64,000 nt of DNA from Phoronis australis (lineage: Eukaryota; Animalia; Phoronida). The stretch lies in assembly GCA_002633005.1 (NCBI GenBank), contig NMRA01000347.1, positions 278,304-342,303 on the forward strand. The letters run 5' to 3'. Below, piece by piece: positions 50,401 through 61,062 of the stretch. The notes under the pieces are model-generated. The model was not told the origin of the DNA. It made no database searches and saw only the letters and a list, made by a program, of their open reading frames with translations. Numbering within the stretch: the first letter of the stretch is position 1; each line of letters opens with the position of its first letter. The position numbers and the translations under genes are program-made.

Positions 50401-53400
50401 AGTGTGTAATTCTTCCCATAGTGCACCGTGATCCACCAATTACCCAAATCAGAAAATGCCGGAATCGTCAAGCTCGTCGAACAGAGTCCATTTGGGGTTG
50501 ACACGCCAGCCCTACTTGCCTCGTAAACGATTCCTTTTGGGTCCTGTGAATACAAGAGCATAAAGATACATTCCACAACAGCGCCATCACACTGTCGCGT
50601 AAGTCGGGGTTACTAAATGAATTCTAGGCACAATGCGTATGGTTTTCGTGTTAGCATTCTATATTTGGAATATTAAAAACCAAGTGTAATGACTGAGGCG
50701 TAAAACACGTCTTGTATGTGAAAGTCTGGGGAACAGTGACGGATTCCTTTTATTTTGTTAGTTTATTTGTATATTCAGCATATTCACGTCTTCTTAATTG
50801 TCTTGCTGATTCTTGCTGCTACCAGTTATCGTGTTTTGTTAATTTTTGATGTATTTCCAATTAATTTCAAACACATTCGTTAGCTCACACTAATGGCCGC
50901 TACCCAAATTACGTCAAACATTACAGAACCGAAGACAAAATTCAGCGGGAAATGTTCCTTACCAAAATATCGATTCGAACAGGAGCATCTCGGGGCTTCA
51001 TCAGGTGGTCCACTTGTATAATTCGGACTTGTACTGCAAAATTACATAAATAGGGCAACATGTAATAAATAGGTAACAGAAAGAATTAACCTGTAAGTCA
51101 ATTCAAAGCTGACCGCAGAGGCCAACCGAATAGAGGACAATTCTCAAGCTCGCAATTTTAAAGCGCGAGTTTCCTGTTGACGATAATGTTTCCAATTATC
51201 ATGCCTTTAGAGAAGTATGCATTTACTACTTTGATAAAACCAGACGGAATACATTTGGTCACAATGTAATCAGTCATGAGAGTTCATTACAGTTTCTGGA
51301 AATTGTAATTCGTGTTTTTTAATTTTTTTAAAATAAAGGAAACAAGCTTTAGCCAAGGGCATGGTCCTCTATACGTTCTCTCTCACTCCCTTGCACACAT
51401 TCACAAATAAGACCGAGCTCAAAGGAATATGAGGCATCTTTGTGCAATGCTCGAATGTCAGCCACATGAAGCCAGGATTTGACCAAGGTCTCTCAAGCCG
51501 GAGTCTGAAGTTCTAGCCACTGAGCCACACTGTATTTTTGAGCCTGTTTAACTTATTTGACTATTCAAATGAACGGCTGGCACACGTATCTGAAGGGTAG
51601 GTTTCGAAGTGTATTGTATAGAAAAGGTCAGGATTTCAAAAATAACATTACGGCGTTCTGTCGTTCAGTAACTTTTTCAGACGTGAGGGGTGCTGAACGT
51701 GCGATGACATCTGGCTCTTTTGTTAACTGCCCAGCTCAGTTTTTTGTCCCGTATGATAACAAGCAGGCCAATTATCTCCCAGGCTTCAAAGGAAAAGTAT
51801 GGTAGTTGCACGCTATTACCGAACGCGTATGAACACACAGTCAAACCCAATGCGTTGGTAATCCGTTTGGACATAATAAATTGTCTGGACTTCTGTTGTG
51901 GTTGGGCGATTTTGGTGATTCAAAAACGGAATATGATCAGCATTTGACGAGGAAGTCAGAAATGCTATTGGTTTAAGCTCAAATATGTTATAGCTTAGCT
52001 TTCATTTTTATCAGCCCAGCCCAGTCAGGCTAGATACGATCTGATCGGAGATTAGAGCAATTATCGAAAAAAACGCAGGCCCTCCAACCATGAATGCCAG
52101 AATGGAGTTAATCAGACGTTTAAGATATTGGCTACGGGTGTAAACTTCCCAACTTGTTGTTGGGCTATAGAATCGAACAAGTTGGTAGCAACGGGATGTC
52201 GCCGTCACGATGTAAAACAGATGCATCCTTTACGATTTCAAAAAAACGTCTGTCCCGTGACGAATTCACCTAAAATAAATAGGGTTCCGCTAGGTATAGT
52301 TGCTTTCGTATTTTGAAAATTCGGTGGAACCCTTAAGTTAGGCTACGCATTCGGTTATTCCGTGGGTTCAATTTCGGCCATCCATACTAAAACGAAGTCG
52401 TCGGTAGTTACACAGAACGACCTGCACAAACGTGGTCCTCGTCACCGGACCACAATTTGTTGCCTGATGAGAGTGTGCGATTATTTGTACTGCACAATCA
52501 TCTTCAGGGCAATGTTGCCCTATTTGGTGTTTGGCGGCAAATTCTCGATGCCCAGGATGTCATTCAACAAGTTATGCCTCACTATGTCAAAGCCTCAGAC
52601 CAGTGATGAACGTAATATACATGTAGTTTACTTATCAGTCAATCACACAATTAGTTGGTGATTAACGTGTTATGAACAACAGGATATCGTTTTATTTTAA
52701 CGAGAGGTCAAACAAACTGGACAACCTCTAGATACTGACTCGTTTTAAAAATAACTAAGTGAAGCGTCTATATTCCCATGTGAAACGTCTATAAACCCAC
52801 TTGAAGCGTCTATATATACCCATGTGAAGCGTCTATAAACCCACGTGAAGCGTCTATAAACCCACGTGGAGCGTCTATATACCCAGGTAAAGCGTCTATA
52901 AACCCACGTGACATGTCAAAGAAACCAAATTTTCATTTAGATCACTTATCGCTTTAAAATTTGTCTCTTTACTTTCTTGCTCAGTAGAGAAGTTATTCTA
53001 GGCTCTGCTTAAAACGACAGATCCGTAATTGGCTGAAGCCATTACAGGTCATCATGTTAAGCGTGGTTTAAAATGAGTTATGATAAACTATCAGCTCTTA
53101 CGCGCTCTAAAATCACTTATACTTTGAATAAAGAACAATTTGAGACAATTTCATGGAGCTAAGTAGTGGCTTTACTATTTTTGTGAGGGAAGACGTGTCT
53201 AGGGATTCGTGTACTTTGTTGTTTGTTATCCGGCAGTTTCGCTTTATGTCTCAGTAAATTATGAAACTTCTGCCTGTGTTTCGGTACAGTGAACAGTCAA
53301 CACAAACCTTGCTGACCAAGAGAGTATATCGGCTTGTCAGTCTGTATAAAGACCAGTCCATTTTGAGGGGTGACCAGGATCTCGACTTCTTTTTCAAATT

Positions 53401-56400
53401 GAAGTTCACTGGAGGCGCCCTTAGCTGTTAACAGCACGAAATGCTCTTCGAAGCGTCGTGTGTACAAATTGTTGGAGGGTGCCGTGATTTTGAGCTCAGT
53501 TGGAACTCCTGTAGGAAAACAGATATCAAAGTTTTACACATAGGTCGAGTCCTTTTGAAAATGAAGAAAATGAATCGATTTCAGTAGCACACCCATACAC
53601 GTTGGCACAGAAAAGAGGCACAGCCAAACATACCATATCCCTATAAAATCTTTGGCACAGCATAACCAAGAGGAAGGTGTTTTTTCATTGGCTATGCGAA
53701 TGAAGTAACAGTCGGTCGTTCCAATTGGTTGTTACGGGGGTGGATCACTATATTTTAACATGGTGTTATCCGCCGCTTTCACTGCAACTGCATTAATTAC
53801 TAGTGATGGCTTCCAAATTAAATTTGTAGGTTTATGATCATTTAAGATCACACTTTAGCAGAAGAAAACAGGACATGCATTTTAGCATTGATTCCACCAT
53901 TTGATTTAGACAGAGGGTGATTCTAAATTGAATTCTGCGAGGTGTCGTCGTACATTGCCACTCCTACAGTACGTTTGGCGTTGTAGAAGAGCTGGTCACA
54001 TTTTTGGTAGACAGATGAATAAAATGTGACGGCATCTTTTAAAATCAGAAGAGCAAAGGCAACTCCAAGTCGCCACCAAAGGTTTTTGATAGCCGTTTCT
54101 CTTACTGGTAAATACTTAAATCTTTTCTTAAAAAACTGCTTTTGAGCGGTCTCACGGAAAGCAGTTGATCCCATGTCAAAAGTTGTTTTGCAGTAATTCT
54201 TTGTGAGATGACTCGTGGCTAAGTTGGAGTGAGCTTCGTAGACTCAAGAATCTCGCGAAGGAAGCTTGAGTGACCACGTGTTTTGCTTCTAGTACAACTG
54301 CGATACTTCCCGGATTTTTACAAGCTTACTTTTTAGCGAGATTCTTGCGTCTACTGAACCTACGTCCAGTCTTGCCATATAGGCCCAAGACATTCGTTGC
54401 TAACAACACAAGTGGGGTAGTAATTTTAACAGTTTAGTCCATTTACTTTGCATAAGAACGATTAAAGCAGGACAGCCAAGGAAAGGAACTTAAATATGTA
54501 TAAAAAATAAGCACGATTGTGATACAATCAGCTCAACACTTGTCCCACTATAGATTAGAATAAAGTCGTCTAAAGGGAAGTTAGCCCTTTTCAAGTTTCG
54601 AAAACATTTTTCTTTACTAGTACCTACTGTGAGTGAGGATATGCCATATCAATATATGGAGCATGTGTGTGGGTGGCAGTACAATTGACCCACCCAGTCG
54701 CGAACACGTGGTAGGGGTCATTTTTCACGGTATTTGTTAGTGGAAGCTAACCACGACAAGAGAGTTTTTGCAGTGGCGTCTTCCTCCTCTGCCAGAACCA
54801 GAATCACATTTGGGCAAACAGGAAAGCCATAAATCCAAGCGTTATATTTTATAAAACTAAAAGGTATCGTGTCCAAACATGACCATACATGTATACATGA
54901 AATCTGATGTTTATAGTTTGGGTCACTTAGCAAAGTGGGCGTGTAATAGAGCGTGTTTAAAAACAAACAAACTAGCTGTTCATAGGGTGTGATATTGACA
55001 ATAATATTTCCATAGGTTGAACCAAGTCATAAAAACAGTCAAATTTCTGAATTTACGGGCATCACTCAGTTGTGGAATTTGAAACCATTCCAAACAGTTT
55101 CGTATTGCTATCGAAATTTTAAACAGAAATGTATTGGTGGGCTGACAATTTCTCCAGTTAAAGTGATAGCACATTCACAAAATACTGCATCCATACGCGT
55201 TGAATCTATCGAGGGAAATACGGCCGTGTAATAAAGTTTTCCTCTTCACCTCCCGCACTACTTTAACAGTGAGCTCTGACATGCAATGTTCAAAAGGTAG
55301 GTCGATGTCGACTCGACGTCGTTAGTCGGTTCGATCACCAATCTCAAAGATTTTATAGTATATATGCCAATCTTTCGGAAACTAGTTTAAAGTACATGTA
55401 ATACAATTATAGCAGTGTAAATAACGCTCAACATACAATCAGGTCTCAATCGTAACATCTGGAACAGGACTGTTAATTATATGGCAGTTCTGTCTCAGTT
55501 TTCATTTGCTAAATATTTTATCGTCTGCAACTCAGGCGCCGATTCCTCGGTAACTACGGTATAAAATATTGTTGTTTTTTAACTATTTTCAAGAGATGTT
55601 ATAAGTTCAATGACTGAAAAGTTTCCCTTGTTTTCATCTTTGTTATCTCTTTTCAAGAAATAACTCGTTACATTTAAAACTGTTTATTTTACTAGAGTAA
55701 ACTTGCAGCTTAACGCGAACGTACATACATATAGGACACCGCCACGTGAACAGTCTGGGTGAATTATTTAAAAAATCTGCGGAAAAAATGAAAGAAACTT
55801 AGGCATTAAACGTGTATGGAATAATTGCGGCCTCGGTCGATACGCGGAATAATGTCTCGTGGGATATCACTTTATGTATGCCTCTCTCGATACGTTTTGT
55901 GTATTTATAAGTGTTACTGGAAAGCAAAATTATTGGTTTTTCAAAAAAATCACTAAAATTACACAAGGTTTGGAACACTAAAAAGCTCAGCGTGTATGCT
56001 GATCATTCTACCTTTCTTGATTTGTTCCTGAATGGAACGTACTTTGTAAGTCGACCGTGTGCCTACATGTTAAGATACCTTTGATATTAAAACTGACATC
56101 GTGTCTTCTCATTTTTATTACCGCAGACAATCGAAAGTTTGTAGAATTTTAAAAATCAGTGTGAATATATACGATTTGCCCGAACAGCAGAATGTTTGAC
56201 CCAGATTAATTCATAACTGCATGTAAGACATAACTTATAAATACAATTGCAGATGTCGCGTTTTTTCCTTTTTTGGTGTGGGTATCAACAGAGCTAGTAC
56301 GTTACTAATAATATCACTGTGAACACTTTCAGAGCATGTGATTGGCTAAAGAGACAGCAAGAAGCGACACCTCTGCTAAATAGCAATAAATGGGCAACGG

Positions 56401-58029
56401 TGACGTCTCAAATATCAAACACTTGAGGATAAGCAGTAATTTCCGGGTTTGCAAAGAACAACTAGTCTATCATAAAATCTACGACCCCATTTACATGGAA
56501 ACAAGACCACGTGATTCGTACATGTTGCTATTAACGAGCGCAATTCCCGGTTGAGGGTTAATAACAGGAAAAGTAAACCGTCATCTGAAGGCTGGCGGAC
56601 TTTCACTTGCACTTTGCCTACTAATTGCCAGAGTACATGTAGGTACCATGTTCAAGTGTAGGCATCATGTGCAAGCATAGGCGCTAACGTGTGAGGGTAG
56701 GCACCATGTGAAAGAGAGTAATAAAGTTATTGCGCCTTCTGTCCTCTCGGTGTCGTCTGTCCCGTCTTGGTAAAAATACACTTGGGAATAAAAAAATAAG
56801 CTTAGTGTTCATTTAGTCAATAACTGGACCGCTTATGCCTCATATATTTTCGCAATACACCCATGTTCACAAAGGCAGCCAATTGGAAACCTATAGCTTC
56901 ACGAGTTTTAGTTGGCGACACTACACGTACATGTATTCACACGCGCCTTGTGGTTTTGTAAACACCGTGATAATTCATATCGTAAGTAGTTACATGTAGG
57001 CTCTTTAAGGTTAAAAGTGCTTAATTGTACTCGGAAAACAATCCCACACAATAGGATCACGCGGACTTTTTTCTAATGAACTAGGGCCCAGTTGCATAAA
57101 AGCTATACGCCCTATGGGAACAATGACGTAGCATTATCACGCGTCACGTTGGTTTTGTTGAACAATGCACCTTACGTAATGCAACAATCAAACTTATTCC
57201 GCGAATACCTTTTGAAGCTTTACGCAAATCAGCTCAGATGAACTGTTTACGGGGATGTATTACGTGTAGCTCTTTTACGATCACCTTGGCAGTTATTACC
57301 TGGCTGTATAAGTTGCTTCACGGGATCAGTACGCCACTTTCTGAACGGATAATCTTGAAGGTACAGTTTCAGCTGCACTGGTTCTGTGGCTTCAAAAATG
57401 GTGATAACAACACTTTCTTCGACATCAAATCGCAGAAATTTCGGAGCGGTGAGCAGATATTTGGGACTAAAAATATAAACAAAGCTTCGTCCATACGTTT
57501 TGTTAATGCGTGTCAACTTTTCGGAAAATAAAAAGAATTACAAATTACATTCGTCACTCTCCCATGGCCTGTACTTGTCAAGTCTTGCACGGCGGTACTT
57601 TTAATTGATTTGGGCATGCCTGCAATTCAGGCTATGGCTTTGAATGTCACACAGTGACACAGTGATAGTGCTTGATTAATTCAAAAAATAAGCCTACATC
57701 TTTCCGACTCAGGATTCGGGCCTAGCTGCATTTGCCTGACCCAGACTAGTTGTCGGTTGTTAAATTTATCTTTGATGGTAGGCCTGTTGTTAAAAAAGAT
57801 CACTGATCGAGTTGACTTCAAATGAAAAAGTTGTTGCCGGTACTAATTCTGTAGCAAGCAAACTCAAGCAAACAAACGTTTTGTTTTTAAAACTTCATGC
57901 AGGACATTGAGATATTCGACACAATGCAACCAAATCTACTCACCTCGCTGTTACTGACCACTGTGTTAACAGCAGACATATGCACATCGTTGGTGTTGAA
58001 ACACGAAATACTTCTTTGATAGATACCAT
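35395..58029 (-). CDS. C3: Complement C3-like gene, copy B (about 1,085-1,093 aa; MG1-MG8 + anchor; no ANA, CUB, TED or C345C detected)
   Basis: Exons 1-16 splice into 877 open codons with FIQTDKPIY, PDSITTW, GFCVAE and EQVEVRATIFNY. Five further exons give LRVCTK, IDVGLFSGF, IGKTQP, CTVFYHP and CTCG-stop. Only the MG7-to-MG8 junction exon is ambiguous. Confidence 0.85.
35934..36030 (-). CDS. Copy B MG8 exon
   Basis: VPRGREVCVEFFIQQRYRIGKTQPVAI (cf. CLAFKVHQ...IQPGAV). Confidence 0.82.
36752..36826 (-). CDS. Copy B MG8 exon
   Basis: IVCNSTTFVMNYHITSRTIVLQLSK (cf. ISKYE...LIIYLDK); phase 0-0. Confidence 0.75.
37145..37226 (-). CDS. Copy B MG8 exon
   Basis: FLVSRENEIDVGLFSGFEPMKASLDRL (cf. 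LDISMMTGFAP). Confidence 0.85.
37383..37526. repeat. Minisatellite, 36-bp unit x4
   Basis: TTCACTAAATATGTAGATATCAGGATATCAACACA(N) repeats. Confidence 0.9.
37809..37952 (-). CDS. Copy B MG8 exon with second polybasic site
   Basis: FDDEDYSC...YRSRRSVRG...KLRVCTK (cf. C3 ILEICTRY). Confidence 0.8.
39697..39726 (-). CDS. Copy B putative 30-nt micro-exon
   Basis: tttag/gtgagt boundaries; in phase 2-2 it reads IPRDLDKIPR. Confidence 0.5.
39795..39951 (-). CDS. Copy B putative MG7-MG8 junction exon (boundaries uncertain)
   Basis: Two phase 0-to-2 options: 39830-39951 (IISENRVSC...GCLFHWSFNLSVTRSRLDAFQ) or 39795-39892 (RLFISL...VIFR). Confidence 0.4.
40261..40473 (-). CDS. Copy B exon 16 (MG7)
   Basis: GVCA...VTFPIVPLHVG...DKILKKLNVL; ends phase 0. 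Confidence 0.92.
41604..41832 (-). CDS. Copy B exon 15 (MG6/MG7)
   Basis: VPDSITTW...GFCVAE...FFIEASLPHS...EQVEVRATIFNY. Confidence 0.95.
42495..42651 (-). CDS. Copy B exon 14 (alpha'NT/MG6)
   Basis: ...GRRMGRAS...RQNFTETWIY. Confidence 0.88.
44171..44291 (-). CDS. Copy B exon 13 (linker, beta-alpha site RSRR)
   Basis: SMGLTVLSNT...LCSRHRSRRSK; donor gtaagt. Confidence 0.85.
44485..44724 (-). CDS. Copy B exon 12 (MG6/linker)
   Basis: VAILAVDQAVYLMN. Confidence 0.92.
44906..45160 (-). CDS. Copy B exon 11 (MG5)
   Basis: MSPSARLLVYY...EVVADS..IDVVSRC. Confidence 0.92.
46678..46788 (-). CDS. Copy B exon 10 (MG4/MG5)
   Basis: ...AFSHSNSFLQATV. Confidence 0.85.
46981..47130 (+). mobile_element. 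About 150-bp MITE-like repeat with inverted ends
   Basis: GTTCAGTA(G)ACGC ... GCGTTACTGAAC; further copies at 19361-19500, 27388-27530 and inverted at 32901-33027. Confidence 0.7.
47172..47354 (-). CDS. Copy B exon 9 (MG4)
   Basis: IDVRHLTGKP...TNEKGHA. Confidence 0.85.
47651..47887 (-). CDS. Copy B exon 8 (MG3/MG4)
   Basis: ...LYAEATV...APYTVTF...FKPGLSF. Confidence 0.9.
48330..48426 (-). CDS. Copy B exon 7 (MG3)
   Basis: YVFGKKVNG. Confidence 0.88.
49368..49452 (-). CDS. Copy B exon 6 (MG3)
   Basis: [15 protein letters not shown]...VQAR. Confidence 0.88.
50366..50543 (-). CDS. Copy B exon 5 (MG2)
   Basis: DPKGIV...LGNWWITVHYG...FEVNDY. Confidence 0.9.
50963..51033 (-). CDS. Copy B exon 4 (MG2)
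   Basis: [24 protein letters not shown]. Confidence 0.87.
51400..51532 (-). mobile_element. tRNA-derived SINE-like head
   Basis: Minus strand TGGCTCAGTGG (A box) ... GGTCAAATCC (B box-like) at tRNA-like spacing. Confidence 0.45.
52759..52911. repeat. Minisatellite, about 21-bp unit x7
   Basis: GTGAAGCGTCTATAAACCCAC repeats. Confidence 0.92.
53308..53508 (-). CDS. Copy B exon 3 (MG1/MG2)
   Basis: GLVFIQTDKPIY. Confidence 0.92.
55190..55337 (+). repeat. About 150-bp dispersed repeat copy in intron 2 of copy B
   Basis: Matches 33065-33215. Confidence 0.75.
57300..57466 (-). CDS. Copy B exon 2 (MG1)
   Basis: SPKYLLTAPKFLRFDVEE...LQDYPFRK. Confidence 0.9.
57944..58029 (-). CDS. Copy B exon 1 (signal peptide)
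   Basis: [28 protein letters not shown]; donor gtgagt. Confidence 0.8.
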
Positions 58030-58084
58030 ACTATGTCCACAACTTAATTCCCAAACTCGAGAAACTAAAGTTTGAGTTGGTGGG

Positions 58085-58265
58085 TCGGGCTTTTAAATTT
58101 GTCGAACGTGAATTCCCACCTTCGAGATCGTTGGGATTTTTCTCTTGATCGAATTTTCGCTGACACGGCTTTTCCCAGAATTTCCCGCTTGATTTCTGTT
58201 CTCCTGGCCTATATTTAGCTATGATATCCAAACTGCAGCATTCTGGTCGGTTTTCCATACTCACG
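58085..58265 (-). promoter_or_regulatory. Putative proximal promoter of copy B with kappaB-like and GAS-like motifs
   Basis: TATA-like TTTAAAAG; GGGAATTCAC, GGGATTTTTC, GGGAAAAGCC, GGGAAATTCT; TTCCCAGAA at 58172-58180. Confidence 0.45.
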
Positions 58266-58782
58266 AATAGGGCCTACAGAACGCCGAGGGGGACGTTGGT
58301 TTAATCGGGAGTAATCCAGTATACATGTACCTAAATGCTTGCGTTAGGTTCCGTGCATTTGTTCCTCTCCAGTGTCCAGGCCTGCCCATGTCTTGGGCAC
58401 CATCATGATCGTCGTCTGAGCGGGCAAGTGATCGGCAAGTTCTACTCCTAAGCCTTGTCAACCCTACACAGGGGTCAAGTTCAGGTTCTGACCCTCCTGA
58501 TTTAAGTTCTGATAAATGCTAACCACGGATTTGGATAGAAGGGATGTTTAGCACGACGTCACTTTGACGTAATTAGGACACACTTTGGACCCAGTGTGAC
58601 GGCATATCTATTCTTATTTCCGAGTCCAAATTGCGTAACTACTGCCACGGCATGACGTCACTCAATGGCCAGAAAGCTGAAACAGAGAATGTGTTTGGTC
58701 TATGATTTTCAAACATAAGCGTCATTGGTGAAATTTTTCCACGTCTCTTTAAGTTTGAAGTATGCCTCGTTCAGGCCTATGT

Positions 58783-59110
58783 CAGTCGCAGATCTAGGAT
58801 ATCATAATGGGGTCCCAACATTTTGTCTCGTAAACAATCGCTCAAAGCAAGATTGTAAAGGCGCATAGCGCCGAATGGGGGAAAGTCCCGCACAGGAGAC
58901 AATTTTGTTTTTTCCTTTAACAACAAGCATTTTCCTTGATTTCTGAAATATTATCGAAGAAAAAACACTAAAAACATGTTTAAAAACGGAAAATTTGTTA
59001 AAGGCACGGAATCCAACTCTCGACGTATCGGTCAGAGCGCGCGTGCTCTTCCACTGCACCATTCTTCCAAAGAAAGTACTGTGCTAAGAGACATACTGTA
59101 CTTGTTTATG
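58783..59110 (+). mobile_element. Diverged 5' fragment of the same TIR family
   Basis: CAGTCGCAGATCTAGGATATCA, followed by sequence alignable with 21612-21930. Confidence 0.6.
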
Positions 59111-61062
59111 TAATCACAATCAGTCAAAATGTTTTTGAATACTCGCGGTTTAGCGTTCCCCAAATAAAATATACGAACAGCGACTGCAGTTCAGTCATGT
59201 ATTTACTTATATCAACGATGCAGCTACACTTCACAAACTCCAACATTGCTAATGAATGTTGTAATAGCTAATTGGTTAAGAGGTATATAGGTTATATTTA
59301 TCGAAAACAATTTTCACCGAATTCGAAGATTTTGACATTTGCACTCGTCCTAGTTTAATCGGCTTTTTGCGGTTTCACTAACACCGTCGTTGTAACATGA
59401 TGAGGTTGGTGCTTCACTTTGTTTATATACTGTCAGTTATCATAAATCATGGCCACTAACATAGTGCATGGTAGCAACTTGATGCTAGTAGTTGTGTTCA
59501 AATCGTTAAGGAAGGTGGATACACAAAAAAAATAAATTTTGGCTGTTTTTTACATTTTTATGTCATCCTAATCTTTAATTCTTGATGCAAAGTATACTGA
59601 AGAAAAATAAAATCATTCTGAAAAACCAAAGTTGTTTTTTAGCTATATTTGACCAAGCCTCAGTAAGTCGTATGGCTTGAGGCTCACCAGCTCAGTGATT
59701 GACAACTGGGGCGGAGCTTATATACAAGGACACTAGCTCTAATCTAACCCTGTCAACAAGCATTGCGTAACCGGGCAATCGAGAGTGCTGTACCAGCTGA
59801 TATTGGTGTTGTAGCAAGACCAAGGATAAATTAATTCTATTTTTGACCATGTGAAAGTTGGTAGTGAAATGGTGAACTAGCTCCTGTTCCGAGCCTGAGC
59901 CTGTTTGTCTATCTGCAAAAAAATCAAGTTGAGTACGCCAAGCCCTACCGAAGCCATCACTGCACTCAGCTTGAGGAGTCCGTGCAGAAATTGTGCATGT
60001 ACATGTATGAGACAAGTCTGTAATATAAGGTCAGGTGTCTTGCGAGAGGACGCTGAGTGTCGACGAGGGTGGTGTTGCACGATTCGGTGAGAGTGCATGC
60101 ACGCGCTGTGAAGACAAGCCGCGCGCGCGACACATAGACAACTACATGCCGTCAGAGTAGAGTCTTCGCAGATAAACCGTGCTTCTGTGCTGGGAACGCG
60201 CCGTGGAGAAACTAGGCTGTCAAACCCAGAGGATTTTTAATTTGCCACTGGCCGTAACCCAAAGAATTTGAGAAATGACCCAGTGATCAACATAACAAAT
60301 ATTTTCTAGTGCATAGATTCAAACGTAACCCTGAATTAAAACTCATGATATTATACGATTTTAGAGGAAAGCAATATAAGAAACTTTAGTAACTTGAGAA
60401 TCTCACCCAAGCGACGCTATTTGCGCAGAAAGTGATATTTTCTTATCCCAAAGTCCATTCGGTACAGGCACGTAAAAATGTTGAACCATTACTACTGTAT
60501 GAAAGTAGTTCTTTATCCTCGTCGTCAATATTGTTATGTAGGCAGTAACGCGGCGATCTTTGTATATAACACATATATTGGTTGATGATTTGATTGGAAT
60601 ACTAACAAATAGGTCTGTGTAATATAGTTAGAGAGTCTTTTACTAACTGAGTGGAGAGTTCAGATGAATCGTATAAACAATCAACACATGGTATCGTATT
60701 GTCTCAGAGCTCTATATCAGTGACTCGGGCAGCGTCATGCGTAATAAGACAACTTAATTGGCAATATATTTTCATCCCAAAGTACAGTATTAATGTTCTA
60801 CATATGTACAAATTGTTTACCCCGTTGACTCTCATCTATTTGAACTAATATCACATCCGTAGTACGCCAATCCATTTCACTTGTTATTGTTACTAATCCA
60901 TCAGTTTTCTATTTGCAAGATTTAGCCTAACTCAATGTAATTAAATTAGTGGTGGTGAGAATTTTCATGCCTACCCTAGTGTTCATAGCTTTTGTCCTTA
61001 CTTCATTACTTTTAGTCTAATCACACACTTGTATATACTTCTTTTTCTCTTGTTAGATAAGC

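Noticed and set aside
35395-58029. Assignment to alpha-2-macroglobulin, CD109 or insect TEP
   Set aside because: LQDYP in MG1, GxCVA, EQVEVRA, CTxFYHP with a C-x-C anchor followed by a retained donor, and two polybasic sites fit the C3/C4/C5 branch better. A phylogeny is still needed.
1-58265. Two gene copies as an uncollapsed-haplotype artefact
   Set aside because: Roughly one fifth of residues differ in the exon I counted, and there are multiple codon indels and different TE insertions, which is too divergent for alleles. Single Ns at 6760, 25897 and 31172 do mean local contiguity should be verified.
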